Assembly (NCBI GenBank): GCA_963764165.1
Contig: CAVXRD010000003.1
Location: 416,001-480,000 of the forward strand
Length of the DNA: 64,000 nucleotides
Direction of reading: 5' to 3'
From: an uncultured Verrucomicrobiae bacterium
GTDB taxonomy: Bacteria > Verrucomicrobiota > Verrucomicrobiia > Limisphaerales > Palsa-1400
Position numbers and translations under genes: made by a program. Positions 28,287-40,307 of the stretch are shown here, one piece after another; position 1 is the stretch's first letter, and each line of letters begins with the position of its first letter. Below the pieces are notes generated by a model, which saw only the letters and a program-made list of their open reading frames with translations, did not search any database and had not been told where the DNA came from.

Positions 28287-29366
28287 TTAGCTCAATCTCC
28301 GCAGCGATCCGGCTTTGACCTCCCATCGCTGGAGATCGCGCCCCAGTTCGCGGGGCCAATTCTCCTCCGTGCAAGTCATGAAGACCTGGCTGCGCGCGTA
28401 ATGCGCACGATTGAGCAGCGGCAAAAAGCCCGAGCGCCGATGGGCATCGAGTTCGCCCATGATGTCGTCAATCAATAAAACCGGCGGCACGCCGTGGACG
28501 GTGGTCAAATATTCCGCCTGGGTCATTTTTAGCGCAATGGCGATGGACCGTTTTTGCCCCTCGCTGGAAAATTGCGTCGCGGATTTGCCGTTGAGCCGCA
28601 TGAGCAATTCGTCGCGATGCGGGCCGATGACGGTTGAGCGCAATGTTTTTTCCCTTGCCCGATTGCGCGCCAATTCCACCGCAAAATCATGCTTGACGCT
28701 TGATTGATATTCGATGGTGAAGGTCTCCGCCCCGCCAGCCACACGGCGATAGGATTCGACAGCGATGGGTGCCACCTTCGGCAGGAACTCATGGCGCAGG
28801 CGCATGAGTTCCGTCCCGGCCTCGACGAGGTGGTGGGTGAAACTTTCCAGCGCGGCGAGATCGGGGTGGAGTTGCTTGAGCAGCGCGTTGCGGGAGCGCA
28901 GCGCGGCGGCGTAGCGCTGCAACAGCGGCAGATAAGCCGCATGCGTCTGGCTCAGGAGCAGATCGATGAAACGCCGGCGCAAACGCCCCGCGCCTTTGAC
29001 AAGCTGGGTGTCCTCGCTGCAAAAAACCACGGCGCGCAAAGTCCCGAGGAACTCACCGAGTTTCCGAACGGGTTTGGCATCGAGGGTCAATTGGCGCTCC
29101 GCCGCCGACCAATACATTTTAATGTCGTGGGAGGTGCGCGAGCAAATTTGCGCGCCGATGAAATAGCCTTTGCCGCCGTGCCGAACAAGCTGGGAGCCGC
29201 CGACGCCGCGAAATGACCTCAGCGTGGCCAGCAGATAAATGGCTTCGAGAATGTTGGTCTTGCCTTGGGCATTATCCCCCAGCAAGACGTGGAAGCCGGG
29301 GGTAAAATCCGCCTCCAAGCGACCGTAATTGCGAAAATCCCGCAGCTTGAGATGGGCCAAATGCAC
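28287..29366 (-). CDS. recF: DNA replication/repair protein RecF
   Basis: FRNY, GDNAQGKTNILEAI, RRRFID, GPHRDEL, SEGQKR, LLIDDIMGELD. Confidence 0.95.
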   Translation of the reverse strand: MHLAHLKLRDFRNYGRLEADFTPGFHVLLGDNAQGKTNILEAIYLLATLRSFRGVGGSQLVRHGGKGYFIGAQICSRTSHDIKMYWSAAERQLTLDAKPVRKLGEFLGTLRAVVFCSEDTQLVKGAGRLRRRFIDLLLSQTHAAYLPLLQRYAAALRSRNALLKQLHPDLAALESFTHHLVEAGTELMRLRHEFLPKVAPIAVESYRRVAGGAETFTIEYQSSVKHDFAVELARNRAREKTLRSTVIGPHRDELLMRLNGKSATQFSSEGQKRSIAIALKMTQAEYLTTVHGVPPVLLIDDIMGELDAHRRSGFLPLLNRAHYARSQVFMTCTEENWPRELGRDLQRWEVKAGSLRRLS

Positions 29367-29380
29367 GCTGCATCATTGTC

Positions 29381-29410
29381 GCCACAGATGGGCACAGATC
29401 AACACAGATT
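29381..29410. repeat. solo arm of the ACACAGAT 10-bp repeat family
   Basis: GCCACAGATGGGCACAGATCAACACAGATT closely matches 23711-23740. Confidence 0.75.
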
Positions 29411-29465
29411 TCCGAAAGCCGGAAAGGGACTTTGAAGTGGGAAGTATGGGACAAATGGGAAGAAT

Positions 29466-29720
29466 CTAAAAGAGGCTCTTGATTTTTGTGGTTTGTGGTC
29501 TGGAAACCAAGACTGCGTTGCGATTTCCGACGGGATAACTTATATCGCTTTGGCCGTCTTTGGATTCCACCACGATCAAAGCGGCGAACAGACCCCTTTC
29601 CCGGCAGAAAGCCTCGGCCACGCCCACACTCTCAAACGCCTTGGCGACGGTTGCGTCCTGGTTCCATTCCACGCCGTCGAAAAAGGCTTTGCTGGCCGGT
29701 TCCTGCACTAAAATACGCAT
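29466..29720 (-). CDS. small hypothetical protein
   Basis: 84-aa ORF with ATG, plausible RBS (GGAGA) and protein-like composition. Confidence 0.6.
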   Translation of the reverse strand: MRILVQEPASKAFFDGVEWNQDATVAKAFESVGVAEAFCRERGLFAALIVVESKDGQSDISYPVGNRNAVLVSRPQTTKIKSLF

Positions 29721-29801
29721 TCTCCGGCGAAGATAAGGGTTTCCCTCGCATAGGGCAAGGGAAAACGCCTCACAATTTGCAAATTCGATAAATGTAAGTT
29801 C

Positions 29802-31418
29802 CTATTGCGAAGTTCCTTCGGGATTCGCGGTGCCTTTCATAACCTTTTTTGAGGTCGGAAGATCATTCGAATTCCACCCCCCACCGAGAGCCACAATCAA
29901 TTGCACCGCCGAGGTCATTTGCTGCTCGTGGATCGTCACCGCCGACTGTTGATTGCCAAGCAACGAATTCTGCGCGGTGATCACGTTCAAATAGCTGGTG
30001 ATGCCGAGGCGGTAGCGCTGAATCGAGAGATCCACGTTGCGCTGCGCAGCCTTCACCGCCACGTCTTCCTGATGGCCTTCCCGGTCCAATATCCGCAGAG
30101 CGGCGATATTATCTTCCACTTGCTGAAACGCCGTCAGGACAGTTTCGCGATAAGTCGCGACATTTGCCCGATAATTATCCCAAGCTTGCTCCGTGACGGC
30201 CTTGCGTTTTCCGGCATCGAAAATTGTTTCCGCAGCCGTCGCGCCCACCGCCCAATAAAAGCTGCCGGATTGGAGCAATTTCTGCATCGTGGAGCTTTGA
30301 AATCCCGTGCTGCCAGTCAGGCTCAATGAGGGATAGTAAGCCGCCCGCGCCACGCCTATGCTCGCGTTGCCTTCGGCGACAGCGCGTTCGGCGGCCGCGA
30401 TGTCCGGGCGGCGTTCGAGCAATTGCGCCGGCACGCCAACGGGGATGGCGGGTGGACTGTAGGCGCGCTTTTCAATTTTCAGCGAAAATGTCGAAGCAGG
30501 CTGCCCCAGCAGCAAGGCGATGGCGTGCTCGTATTGCGCGCGTTGAACCTCCAGAGCGGTGGATTGGGCCAGCGTCGTTTCGAGCAGCGTATCCGCCTGG
30601 GCGACGTCCAAGTCGGAATCGATCCCGGTCTCGAACAGCTTGGTTGTCAAGTCGAGCGAGGCCCGATAGTTGACGATGGTGTTGCTGTAAAGCTCGATCA
30701 ATTCGTCCTGGGCGCGCAGTTCATAGAAATCGACTGCAAGTTCGGATTGAATGGTAAGGCGCATGTTCTCCACTTGCGCGGCGGAAGCCTGGGCGGAGGC
30801 GACGCTGGCCTTGACGGTATTGCGGATGCTGCCCCATAAATCCGGCTCCCACGTTGCGTCGATGGGCAGACTGTATGAGGAATAGATGCTTGATGAACTG
30901 GCAACCGTCGTGCCGCCGCCACCGGAATTGGTGGAAGTAACGGCTGTAACGCTGCCTCCAGAAGCGTTTTTCGACGGATGCGTCTTGGTAACTTCAGGCG
31001 CCGCCGTGACGGTTGGGAATAATTGCGACCGGGCCTGCTTGGCCACGGCGCGGGCCGCAAGAAAATTTTCCAGCGAAGCTTTGAGCGTTTGGTTGGAGAC
31101 GACCACCTGCGACTCGAGCGTGTTCAACTGCGGGTCGTTGAACATTTCCCACCAGTTGCCTTTCAGGGCGGCGTCGGAAGGTTCGGCGGTTTTCCAGCCG
31201 TTCGTCTCCTTGTATCCAGATGGGGTGGCGATGTCTGGCACCTTGTATTTGGGGGCAAAATTGCACCCTGCCGCCAGCGCCGCCACCAGCGCCGCGAGCG
31301 CACAAATGCCAGGGACGCCTCGCCAAGACGTCCAGTGGCGCACGAATAATCCCAACCCTGGACGCCTCGGCGAGGCGTCCCTACCTAAGCCTGCAGCTTT
31401 CAAAGTTGTTTTTGACAT
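29802..31418 (-). CDS. NodT/OprM-family outer-membrane lipoprotein efflux channel
   Basis: Lipobox LAAGC, NWWEMFNDPQL, WEPDLWG, LLERRPDIAAAER, ALGGGW. Confidence 0.93.
   Translation of the reverse strand: MSKTTLKAAGLGRDASPRRPGLGLFVRHWTSWRGVPGICALAALVAALAAGCNFAPKYKVPDIATPSGYKETNGWKTAEPSDAALKGNWWEMFNDPQLNTLESQVVVSNQTLKASLENFLAARAVAKQARSQLFPTVTAAPEVTKTHPSKNASGGSVTAVTSTNSGGGGTTVASSSSIYSSYSLPIDATWEPDLWGSIRNTVKASVASAQASAAQVENMRLTIQSELAVDFYELRAQDELIELYSNTIVNYRASLDLTTKLFETGIDSDLDVAQADTLLETTLAQSTALEVQRAQYEHAIALLLGQPASTFSLKIEKRAYSPPAIPVGVPAQLLERRPDIAAAERAVAEGNASIGVARAAYYPSLSLTGSTGFQSSTMQKLLQSGSFYWAVGATAAETIFDAGKRKAVTEQAWDNYRANVATYRETVLTAFQQVEDNIAALRILDREGHQEDVAVKAAQRNVDLSIQRYRLGITSYLNVITAQNSLLGNQQSAVTIHEQQMTSAVQLIVALGGGWNSNDLPTSKKVMKGTANPEGTSQ
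31311..31386. repeat. GTAG-type REP/MITE (family B) inside the NodT signal-peptide region
   Basis: GGGACGCCTCGCCAAGACGTCC...GGACGCCTCGGCGAGGCGTCCCTACC; homologs at 44602, 48753 and 60258. Confidence 0.85.
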
Positions 31419-31433
31419 ATCGCTGAATCTAAA

Positions 31434-34400
31434 TCAAGCCACCGCCGGCTGTGGCGCTTTTTCGCGCGGATGCGGCTTTCCCCGAACTCCGCGCCACCAG
31501 ATGCTAAACCGGTCGAAATAGAGATAAACCACGGGCGTCGTATAAAGAGTCAAAACCTGGCTGAAAAGGAGTCCGCCCACAATCGCGACACCGAGCGGAC
31601 GGCGAAGCTCCGAGCCGGTTCCGCCTCCGATCACCAGTGGCAGCGCGCCGAACGCAGCGGCGAGCGTCGTCATCAAAATCGGGCGGAAGCGCAGAATTGA
31701 CGCCTGGTAAATTGCTTCCTCCGGTGACAAGCCGCCTTTGCGTTCGGCTTCGATGGCGAAGTCGACCATGAGAATTCCATTTTTCTTGACGATGCCGACG
31801 AGCAGAATCAATCCGATCAAGGCAATGATGCTTAACTCAATGTTGAACAGCATGAGAAATACAAACGCGCCGACCCCCGCCGAGAGCAGCGTGGAAAGAA
31901 TCGTGATCGGATGGACGTAACTTTCGTAGAGAATGCCAAGAACGATGTAAACCGCCAACAACGCGCTGAATATCAGCAGACCCTCGCCGGAAAGCGCCGC
32001 CTGAAAAGCCTGAGCGGTGCCCGCGAAGCTTCCGTGGATCGTCGAGGGCATGCCGAGCTTTTGCTCCATCGCATTGATCCTGTCGACTGCTTCGCCAAGC
32101 GAGAGGCCTGGCACCAGATTAAACGAGATTGTCACCGCGGGAAATTGGCCCTGGTGGTTGACCTGAATCGGCGCCGTTTTGGTTTGCAGGCGCGTGACGG
32201 TTGAAAGCGGCACTTCGCCGCCGTTGGTCGCCTGCATGTATACCGAGCGCAAACCATCCGGGGATTGCAGCCACGGCGGAGCAACTTCCATCACGACGTA
32301 GTATTGATTCAGAGAGGTATACATTGTCGATACGAGCGACTGCCCGAACGCGCCGTACAGCGCCTGGTCGATTTTTGCCGCCGACAATCCAAGACGCGCT
32401 GCCGTGATGCGGTCGTAGCTCAAGCTCGATTCCAAGCCCTCGTTTTGCTGGTCGGTATTGGCGTCCGCCAGACCGGGAATTGTCTTCATGTTGTCGAGCA
32501 GGATTGGGCCCCATTTGACGAGGTCTTGAAGATTGTCGCTGGTGATGGTGTATTGGTATTGCGCGGACCCCATCCGCCCGCCAATGCGGACATCCTGGTT
32601 CGCGCTGAAAATGGCCGTCGCGCCCGGCACCACGGCGCAGCTTCGGCGCAATCGCGCCACCACTTCGTCGGCGGAATTGGTGCGTTCGCCGAGAGGCTTG
32701 AGCGTGATGAACATTCTGGCTTGGTCGGTCGTCGTCCCGCCGCCTGCCCCGGTGAATCCAACCAGGTGCGCCACTGCCGGGTCCTTTTTGACGATGTTGA
32801 TGAAGCGAAGCGCTTTGCCCGACATCGATTGAAACGAAATATCCTCCGTGCCCTGGGCGTTGCCGCTCAGCATCCCGGTGTCTTGCTGCGGCAGAAAACC
32901 CTTCGGCACCGCAATGAACAGGACAACGTTCAAAATGAGCGTCAAGAAAAGCACGCAAAGAACCATGAATTGATGGCGCAATACCCACCGCAAACTCCGC
33001 CCGTAGTGCTCAACAATCCAATCAAACATCGCGCCGACGGCCTTGTGCAGGCGTCCGTGCTTTTGTTCGCGCAAGGGTTTGAGAAGCGTCGCGCACATCA
33101 TGGGCGTGGTTGTCAACGACACCACCATCGAGACCAAAATGGCCACTGAAATGGTGACCGCAAATTCACGAAACAGCCGCCCGACAATGCCACCCATCAG
33201 CATGATCGGCGCAAATACCGTCACGAGAGAAATGCTGATGGACAATACCGTAAAACCAATTTCCCCGGCGCCCTTCAGCGAAGCTTGCATGGGCGGCATT
33301 CCGGCTTCCATGTGGCGCATGATGTTTTCAATGACGACAATCGCGTCATCCACCACGAAGCCTGTTGAGATTGTCAGGGCCATCAGCGAAAGGTTGTCGA
33401 GGCTGTAGCCCAGCAGATACATGACGCCAAAGGTCCCAATCAATGAAACCGGCACAGCCACGCTGGGAATCAGTGTGGTGCGGACGTCGCGCAGGAAAAC
33501 GAACACCACCAAAATCACCAGCAGCACGGAAATGACCAGGGTGAATTCAACGTCATGGACTGATGCGCGAATGGTCGTGGTGCGATCCAGTGTGATGGTA
33601 AAATCAATGCCCTTCGGCGCGGAAGCTTCCAGCGACGGCAGCGCCTCGCGAATGCGGTCCACCGTGTCAATAATATTGGCTTGCGGCTGCTTGAACACAA
33701 TCAGCATGACGGCGGGTTTGCCGTCCGCAAAACCAGCCGCGCGCACGTCCTGCACCGAGTCAACCACATCCGCAACATCCTGAAGCTGCACGGCGGCGCC
33801 CTTGCTGTAGCCAATGACCAGGGGCTTGTAATACTCGGCCTTCATCAACTGATCGTTGGCGATGATGTCGGCGGTCATGTTGCCATCCGACAACTGGCCT
33901 TTTGGAGAATTGGCGTTGGCCTGCTTGAGGACGTTTTGAATATTCGTCAAGTTCAGCCCCGAGGCCTCCAGCCGCGCCGGGTTCACCTCCACCCGGACGG
34001 CCGGCAGCGAACTGCCGCCCACCACGACCTGCCCCACCCCATCGACCTGCGAGAGACGCTGCTGCATGACGCTTGAGGCGGTGTCATACATCTGGCCCTT
34101 CGTGTAAATGTCCGAGGTCAGCGCAATGATCATGATCGGCGAATCCGCCGGGTTCACCTTTTTCCACGTCGGATTGCTTGGCAGGTTGGCGGGAAGATAC
34201 GTCCGCGCCGCGTTGATGGCGGCTTGGACATCGCGGGCCGCGCCGTCAATATTGCGATTCAAATCGAATTGCAGCGTGATGCCAGTGCTTCCCAGGAGAC
34301 TTGAGGACGTCATTTCGGTCACGCCCGCGATGTGTCCAAATTGCTTTTCCAGCGGCGCCGCCACCGCGGAGGCCATGATTTCGGGGCTCGCGCCAGGCAG

Positions 34401-34550
34401 CCCCGCGCCCACCGAGATGGTGGGAAAATCAACCTGCGGCATCGGCGAGACCGGAAGAAGGCGGAACGCCACGCCGCCCGCCAGCGCAATGGCCGTTGTC
34501 AACAATGCTGTTGCCACCGGCCGCTTGATGAATATCGCCGAGAAGCTCAT
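31434..34550 (-). CDS. mdtC: MdtC-like multidrug RND permease
   Basis: [58 protein letters not shown]. Confidence 0.9.
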   Translation of the reverse strand: MSFSAIFIKRPVATALLTTAIALAGGVAFRLLPVSPMPQVDFPTISVGAGLPGASPEIMASAVAAPLEKQFGHIAGVTEMTSSSLLGSTGITLQFDLNRNIDGAARDVQAAINAARTYLPANLPSNPTWKKVNPADSPIMIIALTSDIYTKGQMYDTASSVMQQRLSQVDGVGQVVVGGSSLPAVRVEVNPARLEASGLNLTNIQNVLKQANANSPKGQLSDGNMTADIIANDQLMKAEYYKPLVIGYSKGAAVQLQDVADVVDSVQDVRAAGFADGKPAVMLIVFKQPQANIIDTVDRIREALPSLEASAPKGIDFTITLDRTTTIRASVHDVEFTLVISVLLVILVVFVFLRDVRTTLIPSVAVPVSLIGTFGVMYLLGYSLDNLSLMALTISTGFVVDDAIVVIENIMRHMEAGMPPMQASLKGAGEIGFTVLSISISLVTVFAPIMLMGGIVGRLFREFAVTISVAILVSMVVSLTTTPMMCATLLKPLREQKHGRLHKAVGAMFDWIVEHYGRSLRWVLRHQFMVLCVLFLTLILNVVLFIAVPKGFLPQQDTGMLSGNAQGTEDISFQSMSGKALRFINIVKKDPAVAHLVGFTGAGGGTTTDQARMFITLKPLGERTNSADEVVARLRRSCAVVPGATAIFSANQDVRIGGRMGSAQYQYTITSDNLQDLVKWGPILLDNMKTIPGLADANTDQQNEGLESSLSYDRITAARLGLSAAKIDQALYGAFGQSLVSTMYTSLNQYYVVMEVAPPWLQSPDGLRSVYMQATNGGEVPLSTVTRLQTKTAPIQVNHQGQFPAVTISFNLVPGLSLGEAVDRINAMEQKLGMPSTIHGSFAGTAQAFQAALSGEGLLIFSALLAVYIVLGILYESYVHPITILSTLLSAGVGAFVFLMLFNIELSIIALIGLILLVGIVKKNGILMVDFAIEAERKGGLSPEEAIYQASILRFRPILMTTLAAAFGALPLVIGGGTGSELRRPLGVAIVGGLLFSQVLTLYTTPVVYLYFDRFSIWWRGVRGKPHPREKAPQPAVA

Positions 34551-37500
34551 GTGGTCGCCGGGGCCGCGCCTTCAGCCGCCACTGGTTCCGCCGCCGGGCC
34601 GGCATGCTTGCCCTTCTTGGCAAATCGGTCCATGTAAATATAGATGACGGGTGTCGTATATAAGGTCAGAATCTGGCTCAGAATGAGCCCGCCGACCATC
34701 GATATTCCCAGCGGGCGCCGCAATTCCGAACCGGTTCCCGAACCGAGCGCCAGCGGCAATCCGCCCAGCAGCGCGGTCATCGTCGTCATCATGATCGGGC
34801 GGAATCGCAGCAGGCACGATTGGTAAATGGCTTCGACGGTTGTTTTGCCTTCGTCGCGCTCGGCTTGCAGCGCAAAATCCACCATCATGATGCCGTTCTT
34901 CTTGACGATGCCGATGAGAAGTATAATGCCGATGAGCGAGACCACGCTCAAATCCTGGCCGCAAATCATCAAGGCCAGTATCGCGCCCACGCCGCCGACG
35001 GCAGCGTGGAGAGAATCGTGATGGGATGAACGTAACTTTCATACAACACTCCCAGGACGATATAAACCGTGATCAAAGCCGCCAAAATCAGCAATGGCTC
35101 GTTGGCCAGCGAAGCGCGAAATGACGCCGCCGTTCCCTGAAAGGCCGTCAGGACCGAGGCGGGCATATTCAATTCTTTCTGCGCGTTTTCGATGGCCTCG
35201 GTGGCCTGGCCGAGCGAGGCGCCCGGGGCAATATTGAACGAAATCGTGACGCACGGGAACTGGCCCTGGTGATTGATCGACAGAGGCGCGTTGGTGGGTT
35301 GAAAATGCGAGAAGGCGCTCAGCGGCACCGCCCCGCCGTAGGCCGATTGCACGTAAATGTCATTCAGCTTGCCGGGATTTTTCTGGAACGACGGCATCGC
35401 CTCCATGATGAGGTGATATTGGTTCAATTGGGTGAAGAGCGTCGAGACCTGGCGCTGGCCGAAGGCATCGTAAAGGGTGGAATCAATTTGCTGCGCCGTG
35501 ATTCCCAGGCGGGCTGCCGTCACCCGATCAATGACCAGCGCAACGGCGCTGCCGTCCGTCAGTTGGTCCGTGGCGAGATCGCGCAGAATTGGAACTTCAT
35601 GCAGCTTCGCCATCAAACGATCGGTCCACATTTGCAATTCCTTCGGGTCCGGGTCTTCCAGCGTGTATTGGTACTGCGTGCGGCTGACACGGTCTTCCAC
35701 AGTCAAATCCTGCACCGGCTGCATATAGAGGGAGATGCCATTGACATTGTCCAACTGCGGCTGCATTTGGCGTATAACCTCCGAGGCGTCGCTCTTTCGG
35801 TCATCGAGCGACTTGAGATTGATCAAAATGCGCCCGCTGTTGAGAGTCGTGTTGATGCCGTCCACGCCAATGAATGAGGACAGGCTCTCGACGTTCTCAT
35901 TGGTCATGATGATTTTGGCCAGCTCCTGCTGTTTCTCCGCCATGGCCGGGAAGGAAATGTTTTGGCTCGCCTGGGAAATTCCTTGCACCACGCCGGTGTC
36001 CTGCACGGGAAAAAATCCTTTTGGAACCAGAATGTATAAAACCACCGTCAAGACTAATGTGAGAGCAAACACCACCATCGTCGCAGCCTGCCGATCCAGC
36101 ACCCAGCGCAGCGTCCTGCCGTAAAAGGCAATCACGCTGTCAAACATGTGTTCCGAAAAGCGCGCGAATCTGCTTTCGTCCTCCTTGGATTCTTTTTTCA
36201 ACAGCAGCGAGCACATCATCGGAGTCAAGGTCAGCGAGACCACCGCCGAAACGAGAATGGTCACGCTCAACGTCACCGCAAACTCCCGGAACAGCCGGCC
36301 CACGATGTCGCTCATGAACAGAAGCGGAATCAGCACGGCCACCAGCGAAACGGTGAGTGACATAATTGTGAACCCGATTTGCTCCGCTCCCTTCAACGCG
36401 GCATCGAGCGGCTTTTCGCCCATTTCGATATAGCGGACGATGTTTTCGATCATCACGATCGCATCGTCGACCACAAAACCGGTGGAAATTGTCAAAGCCA
36501 TCAGCGACAAATTGTCCAGGCTGTAGCCCAGCAGATACATCACGCCGAAGGTGCCGACCAGCGAGAGTGGCACCGCGATGCTGGGAATGATGGTGGCGGC
36601 AACCGTGCGCAGAAAAACAAAGATCACCAGCACCACCAGCGCGATGGTCATCAACAGCTCGTACTCCACGTCACGAACGGAAGCGCGGATGGTGGTTGTG
36701 CGGTCGGTCAAAATTTGAACGTCGACCGAGGGCGGCAGCGTCGCCTTCAGCGTCGGCAATTTTTCGATGATGCGATCGACGACCTGGATGATATTTGCGC
36801 CCGGCTGCCGCTGAATGTTCACGATGATGGCCGGCGTCCCGTTCATCCAAGCGGCTTGCTTGGTGTTCTCCGCGCTGTCGACTGCTTTGGCCACGTCGGA
36901 AAGGATGATTGGCAAACCGTTGTGGTAGGCGATGACGAGTTTGTTGTACTGATCGCTCGTGCTGAGCTGGTCGTTGGCGTCGATTTGATACGAAAGCTGC
37001 GGCCCGTCAAAATTGCCCTTGGCTTGATTGACGCTCGCCGCCACCAGCGCGGTGCGCAAGTCCTCCAGATTCATCCCGTGCGCCGAAAGCTGCGTCGGGT
37101 TTGCCTGGATGCGGACGGCGGGCTTTTGGCCTCCGACGATGGTGACCAATCCCACCCCGCTCAATTGCGAAATTTTCTGCGCCAGCCGCGTGTCCGCCAA
37201 ATCCTCGACTTGCGAAAGCGGTATGGCTTTGGAAGTCAGCGCCAGGGTGAGAATGGGCGCGTCGGCAGGGTTTGACTTGCTGTAAATGGGCGGGGCGGGC
37301 AGATCGGTCGGCAAATAGGATTGGGCGGCGTTGATGGAGGCCTGCACTTCCTGTTCGGCCACGTCAATATTCAGGTAGAGCGAAAATTGCAGAGTAATGA
37401 CCGAGCTTCCGCCGGAGCTGATTGACGTCATCTGATTCAAGCCGGGCACCTGCCCGAATTGGCGCTCGAGCGGCGCGGTCACGGCGGAGGCCATCACGTC

Positions 37501-37668
37501 CGGGCTGGCGCCCGGATAAAACGTGACGATCTGGATCGTCGGGAAATCCACCTCCGGCAGCGCCGAAACGGGGAGTTCCTTGTAGGCGACCAATCCCACC
37601 AGCAAAATCGCCGCCATGAGCAGCGACGTGGCGACGGGTCGCAGAATGAATGGCCTCGAAGGGTTCAC
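34547..37668 (-). pseudogene. mdtB: MdtB-like RND permease split by a 1-bp frameshift (pseudogene or sequence error)
   Basis: MNPSRPFILRPVAT...STLPSA in ORF 34969-37668 continues as VGAILAL...GIVKKNG...RFRPIMMTT in ORF 34547-34990; one G missing at about 34992-34993. Confidence 0.85.
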
Positions 37669-39089
37669 GGAGCGTCGTCTGGAGACTTCGGTTTCTTGTC
37701 GTGCTTTTTCTTGGAGGAATCACCCTTGTGATCGCCTTGCTGGGGAGCCGCGCCGGAGGATTGGCCAGTGGAACCGGGCCCTTGGCCGGCGGGAGCACCG
37801 GCGCCTTCACCCTTGCTTTCTCCCGGAGCGCCACGCTTGCGGACATTCACTTGAACGCCGTCGCCCAATTTGTTGAAGTTGTCGGTGACAATGACCGTTC
37901 CCGGCTCTATGCCCGTGACAGAGCTAACATCCGTATCCTCAATTTGGACGGTGATCGGATGCATCGTGACAATGGTTTGATTTGTTTGCGTCGTGCCGGA
38001 TTTATTCGTCAGCGTCACTTCCTTGTTCGTGATGACGTAAAGAAACGCGCCCTGCGGATTGCGCTGGATGGCAGGAGTCGGCACGAGCGTCACGTTGGTC
38101 AGTGTCTGGACGATCAACTTCGCATTGACGAATTGGTTTGGAAACAACGCCATGTTGGTATTTTCGAACATGCTTTTGATCCGGACGGTTCCCGTGCCGG
38201 TATCGATCATGTTGTCCATCGTCAGAAAGTCCCCCTTGGCCAATAACCGTGTCTTGTCTTCGTTGGACGCGTCGACCTCCATCTTGTGGCCGATGTTCAA
38301 TTGGTCCTGAATGGCTGGCAGGTGTTTCTGGTCTACGGTGAAAACGACCGTGATCGGCTTGAGCTGGGCCACGACCACAATTGCGTTTGTATTGGCCGCG
38401 TGAACGATGTTGCCGGGATCCACCTGGCGCAATCCAACGCGGCCGTCAAAGGGCGCGCGGACAAAGCAGTAATTCAATTGCACCATGGCGTTGGAAACCA
38501 AGCCTTCGTCTATCTGCACTGTGCCTTCGTCCTGATGCACGAGCGCCCTTTGATCGTCGACTTGCTGCTTTGGAACCGCGTGCAGATTGGTGCCATAGGT
38601 CATTCCGTAGGCCTCCTCGAATCGTTTCAGGTCGACGTTGGCGCCTTCAAGCTGCGCTTTGTCGCGCGCCAGCTGGCCTTGGACTTGCGCAAGCGACGCC
38701 TGATAGGGGCTCGGGTCGATTTCCGCCAGCAAGTCGTTGGCCTTGACCGCTTGCCCTTCGGTGAAATTGACTTTGACAAGCTGCCCGTCCACTCGGGGGG
38801 ACATCATGGCCGTGTAAACCGGCGTCACTGTGCCGAGGCCCTCCACTGTTTCATCAATGTTCCCGGTGGCGACGTTGGTCACGGAAACAGAAACCGGCGG
38901 CGGGGTTTTGACGACCGGCTTGCTGCGGTGCGTGTAAATGAAATAACCAAGCCCGCCACCAATCAGGACGATCACGAGGAGGACGATCCACACTCCGAAG
39001 CCTCCGCTGGAATGTTCATGTTCCGGCGGCGGATTCGCTCTTGAGGGAGGCGGCGCGGCATAGGCCGCTTTGGGCGCATTTTCAGCCAT
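37665..39089 (-). CDS. mdtA: MdtA-like membrane fusion protein
   Basis: N-terminal TM, GLGTVTP, RVDGQL, APFDGRVGLRQVDPGN, IDTGTGT, LFPNQFVN. Confidence 0.9.
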   Translation of the reverse strand: MAENAPKAAYAAPPPSRANPPPEHEHSSGGFGVWIVLLVIVLIGGGLGYFIYTHRSKPVVKTPPPVSVSVTNVATGNIDETVEGLGTVTPVYTAMMSPRVDGQLVKVNFTEGQAVKANDLLAEIDPSPYQASLAQVQGQLARDKAQLEGANVDLKRFEEAYGMTYGTNLHAVPKQQVDDQRALVHQDEGTVQIDEGLVSNAMVQLNYCFVRAPFDGRVGLRQVDPGNIVHAANTNAIVVVAQLKPITVVFTVDQKHLPAIQDQLNIGHKMEVDASNEDKTRLLAKGDFLTMDNMIDTGTGTVRIKSMFENTNMALFPNQFVNAKLIVQTLTNVTLVPTPAIQRNPQGAFLYVITNKEVTLTNKSGTTQTNQTIVTMHPITVQIEDTDVSSVTGIEPGTVIVTDNFNKLGDGVQVNVRKRGAPGESKGEGAGAPAGQGPGSTGQSSGAAPQQGDHKGDSSKKKHDKKPKSPDDAP

Positions 39090-39139
39090 GTTAAGCCTTT
39101 CTGGGTTGCATCAAAACAGGTATCGTTGAAATAAGTTGC

Positions 39140-39538
39140 TCACATGCACGCGGCGGACTGTGTCAATAATTTTTCAATGGTGGCCAGCAGCGTGGGAAAA
39201 TCCAGGGGCTTCTGCAATAGGGCACCCACCCCTGCCCGGCTGTCCTTGAATTTCTCGTTTGAAAATGCCGTCATCACGATAATGGGCAAACCCGGTCGCA
39301 TCACTTTCAATTCTTTAAGCGTGTCCTCGCCATTCATGCCCGGCATCTTTAAGTCCATCAATACTAAATCCACGTCACCCTCTTGCAAAAGTTTGAGTCC
39401 GGCCAAACCATCCGCCGCCGATGTTGTAGCGTAACCCTCGTCCTCCAGTATCCGGGCGAGCATGTGCCGGACCGATGGATCGTCGTCCATGATCAGGATG
39501 CGCTTTTTCGCCTTGGCGGAGTCGTGGGTTGACACCAT
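39140..39538 (-). CDS. single-domain (CheY-like) response regulator
   Basis: RILIMDDD, DLKMPGMNG, MTAF, QKPLD; ATG at 39538. Confidence 0.85.
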   Translation of the reverse strand: MVSTHDSAKAKKRILIMDDDPSVRHMLARILEDEGYATTSAADGLAGLKLLQEGDVDLVLMDLKMPGMNGEDTLKELKVMRPGLPIIVMTAFSNEKFKDSRAGVGALLQKPLDFPTLLATIEKLLTQSAACM

Positions 39539-39647
39539 TCGAGCAGTCAATAAGCCAGCGCCATGCCACATTTCAAAATTCGCAAAACACATTGAGTGGC
39601 AGCAATTAAAACAAGACGACGCGAAGAACCGCGCCGCTGATGTGCAT

Positions 39648-39675
39648 AGCAACTATGCTGCGCAGCATAGTTGCT
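39648..39675. repeat. perfect 28-bp palindrome with no spacer
   Basis: AGCAACTATGCTGC|GCAGCATAGTTGCT. Confidence 0.9.
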
Positions 39676-40208
39676 GAGCACCCCCTCGTGGCAGGGTGTG
39701 ACTCGGGGGAGGCGGAACTTCCGTTCGAGACCTTACATTGGGAAAAGCACTTTCGCGCAGAGAAGATGAGTGCGCAGAGGAGGAACACAAAGACAAATTC
39801 GCACTACACTGAAAACTTGGGGGAGCGATCTCGTTTGCCGCATGTCTTTTAACTTCACCACACCGGGGACTGCGTTTCACAATCCCGGCAACTCGTGGAT
39901 GCTGAACTTTTGAAGTGTTCGCTGATGATGCTCTGATTGCATTCTCGCACTGTCGTTCGGAAACGAAGCGTTCGCCAATTCTCCATCAGCGCCGTCGTAG
40001 CTGCGTTGTGATAAAGGCAGGAGTTTGGGCTGTGAAATGAATGAGAAAGACCACAACTATGAAAGCGCCAGCGAGAAAAACAGCAGAAAACCTTCCGCAA
40101 TTGGGTCAATCGCCGGAACACGCGTTGACTTCAACGATTCCATAAAGGGCTCGACGGAGTCTCGCCTTGCCAACTGGCCGATTTTTGCGCGTTTCTTGCA
40201 AAAAGCAC

Positions 40209-40268
40209 TTGACCGGGTTTGGGGGAGGATGTAAATACAATGTAATGACGCTCGTAAATACATTGTAA
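40209..40268 (+). promoter_or_regulatory. promoter with tandem operators for the TA-like pair
   Basis: TTGACC-17 bp-TAAATA; direct repeat GTAAATACAATGTAA (40231-40245) / GTAAATACATTGTAA (40254-40268), each with a TACAWTGTA palindrome. Confidence 0.65.
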
Positions 40269-40307
40269 CCACAAAGCATGGCCAATTGATTTACGAGTTT
40301 TGTTTTT

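Noticed and set aside
39653..40272. Several short ORFs in the intergenic region
   Set aside because: No convincing RBS or motifs, overlapping frames and partly repeat-derived.
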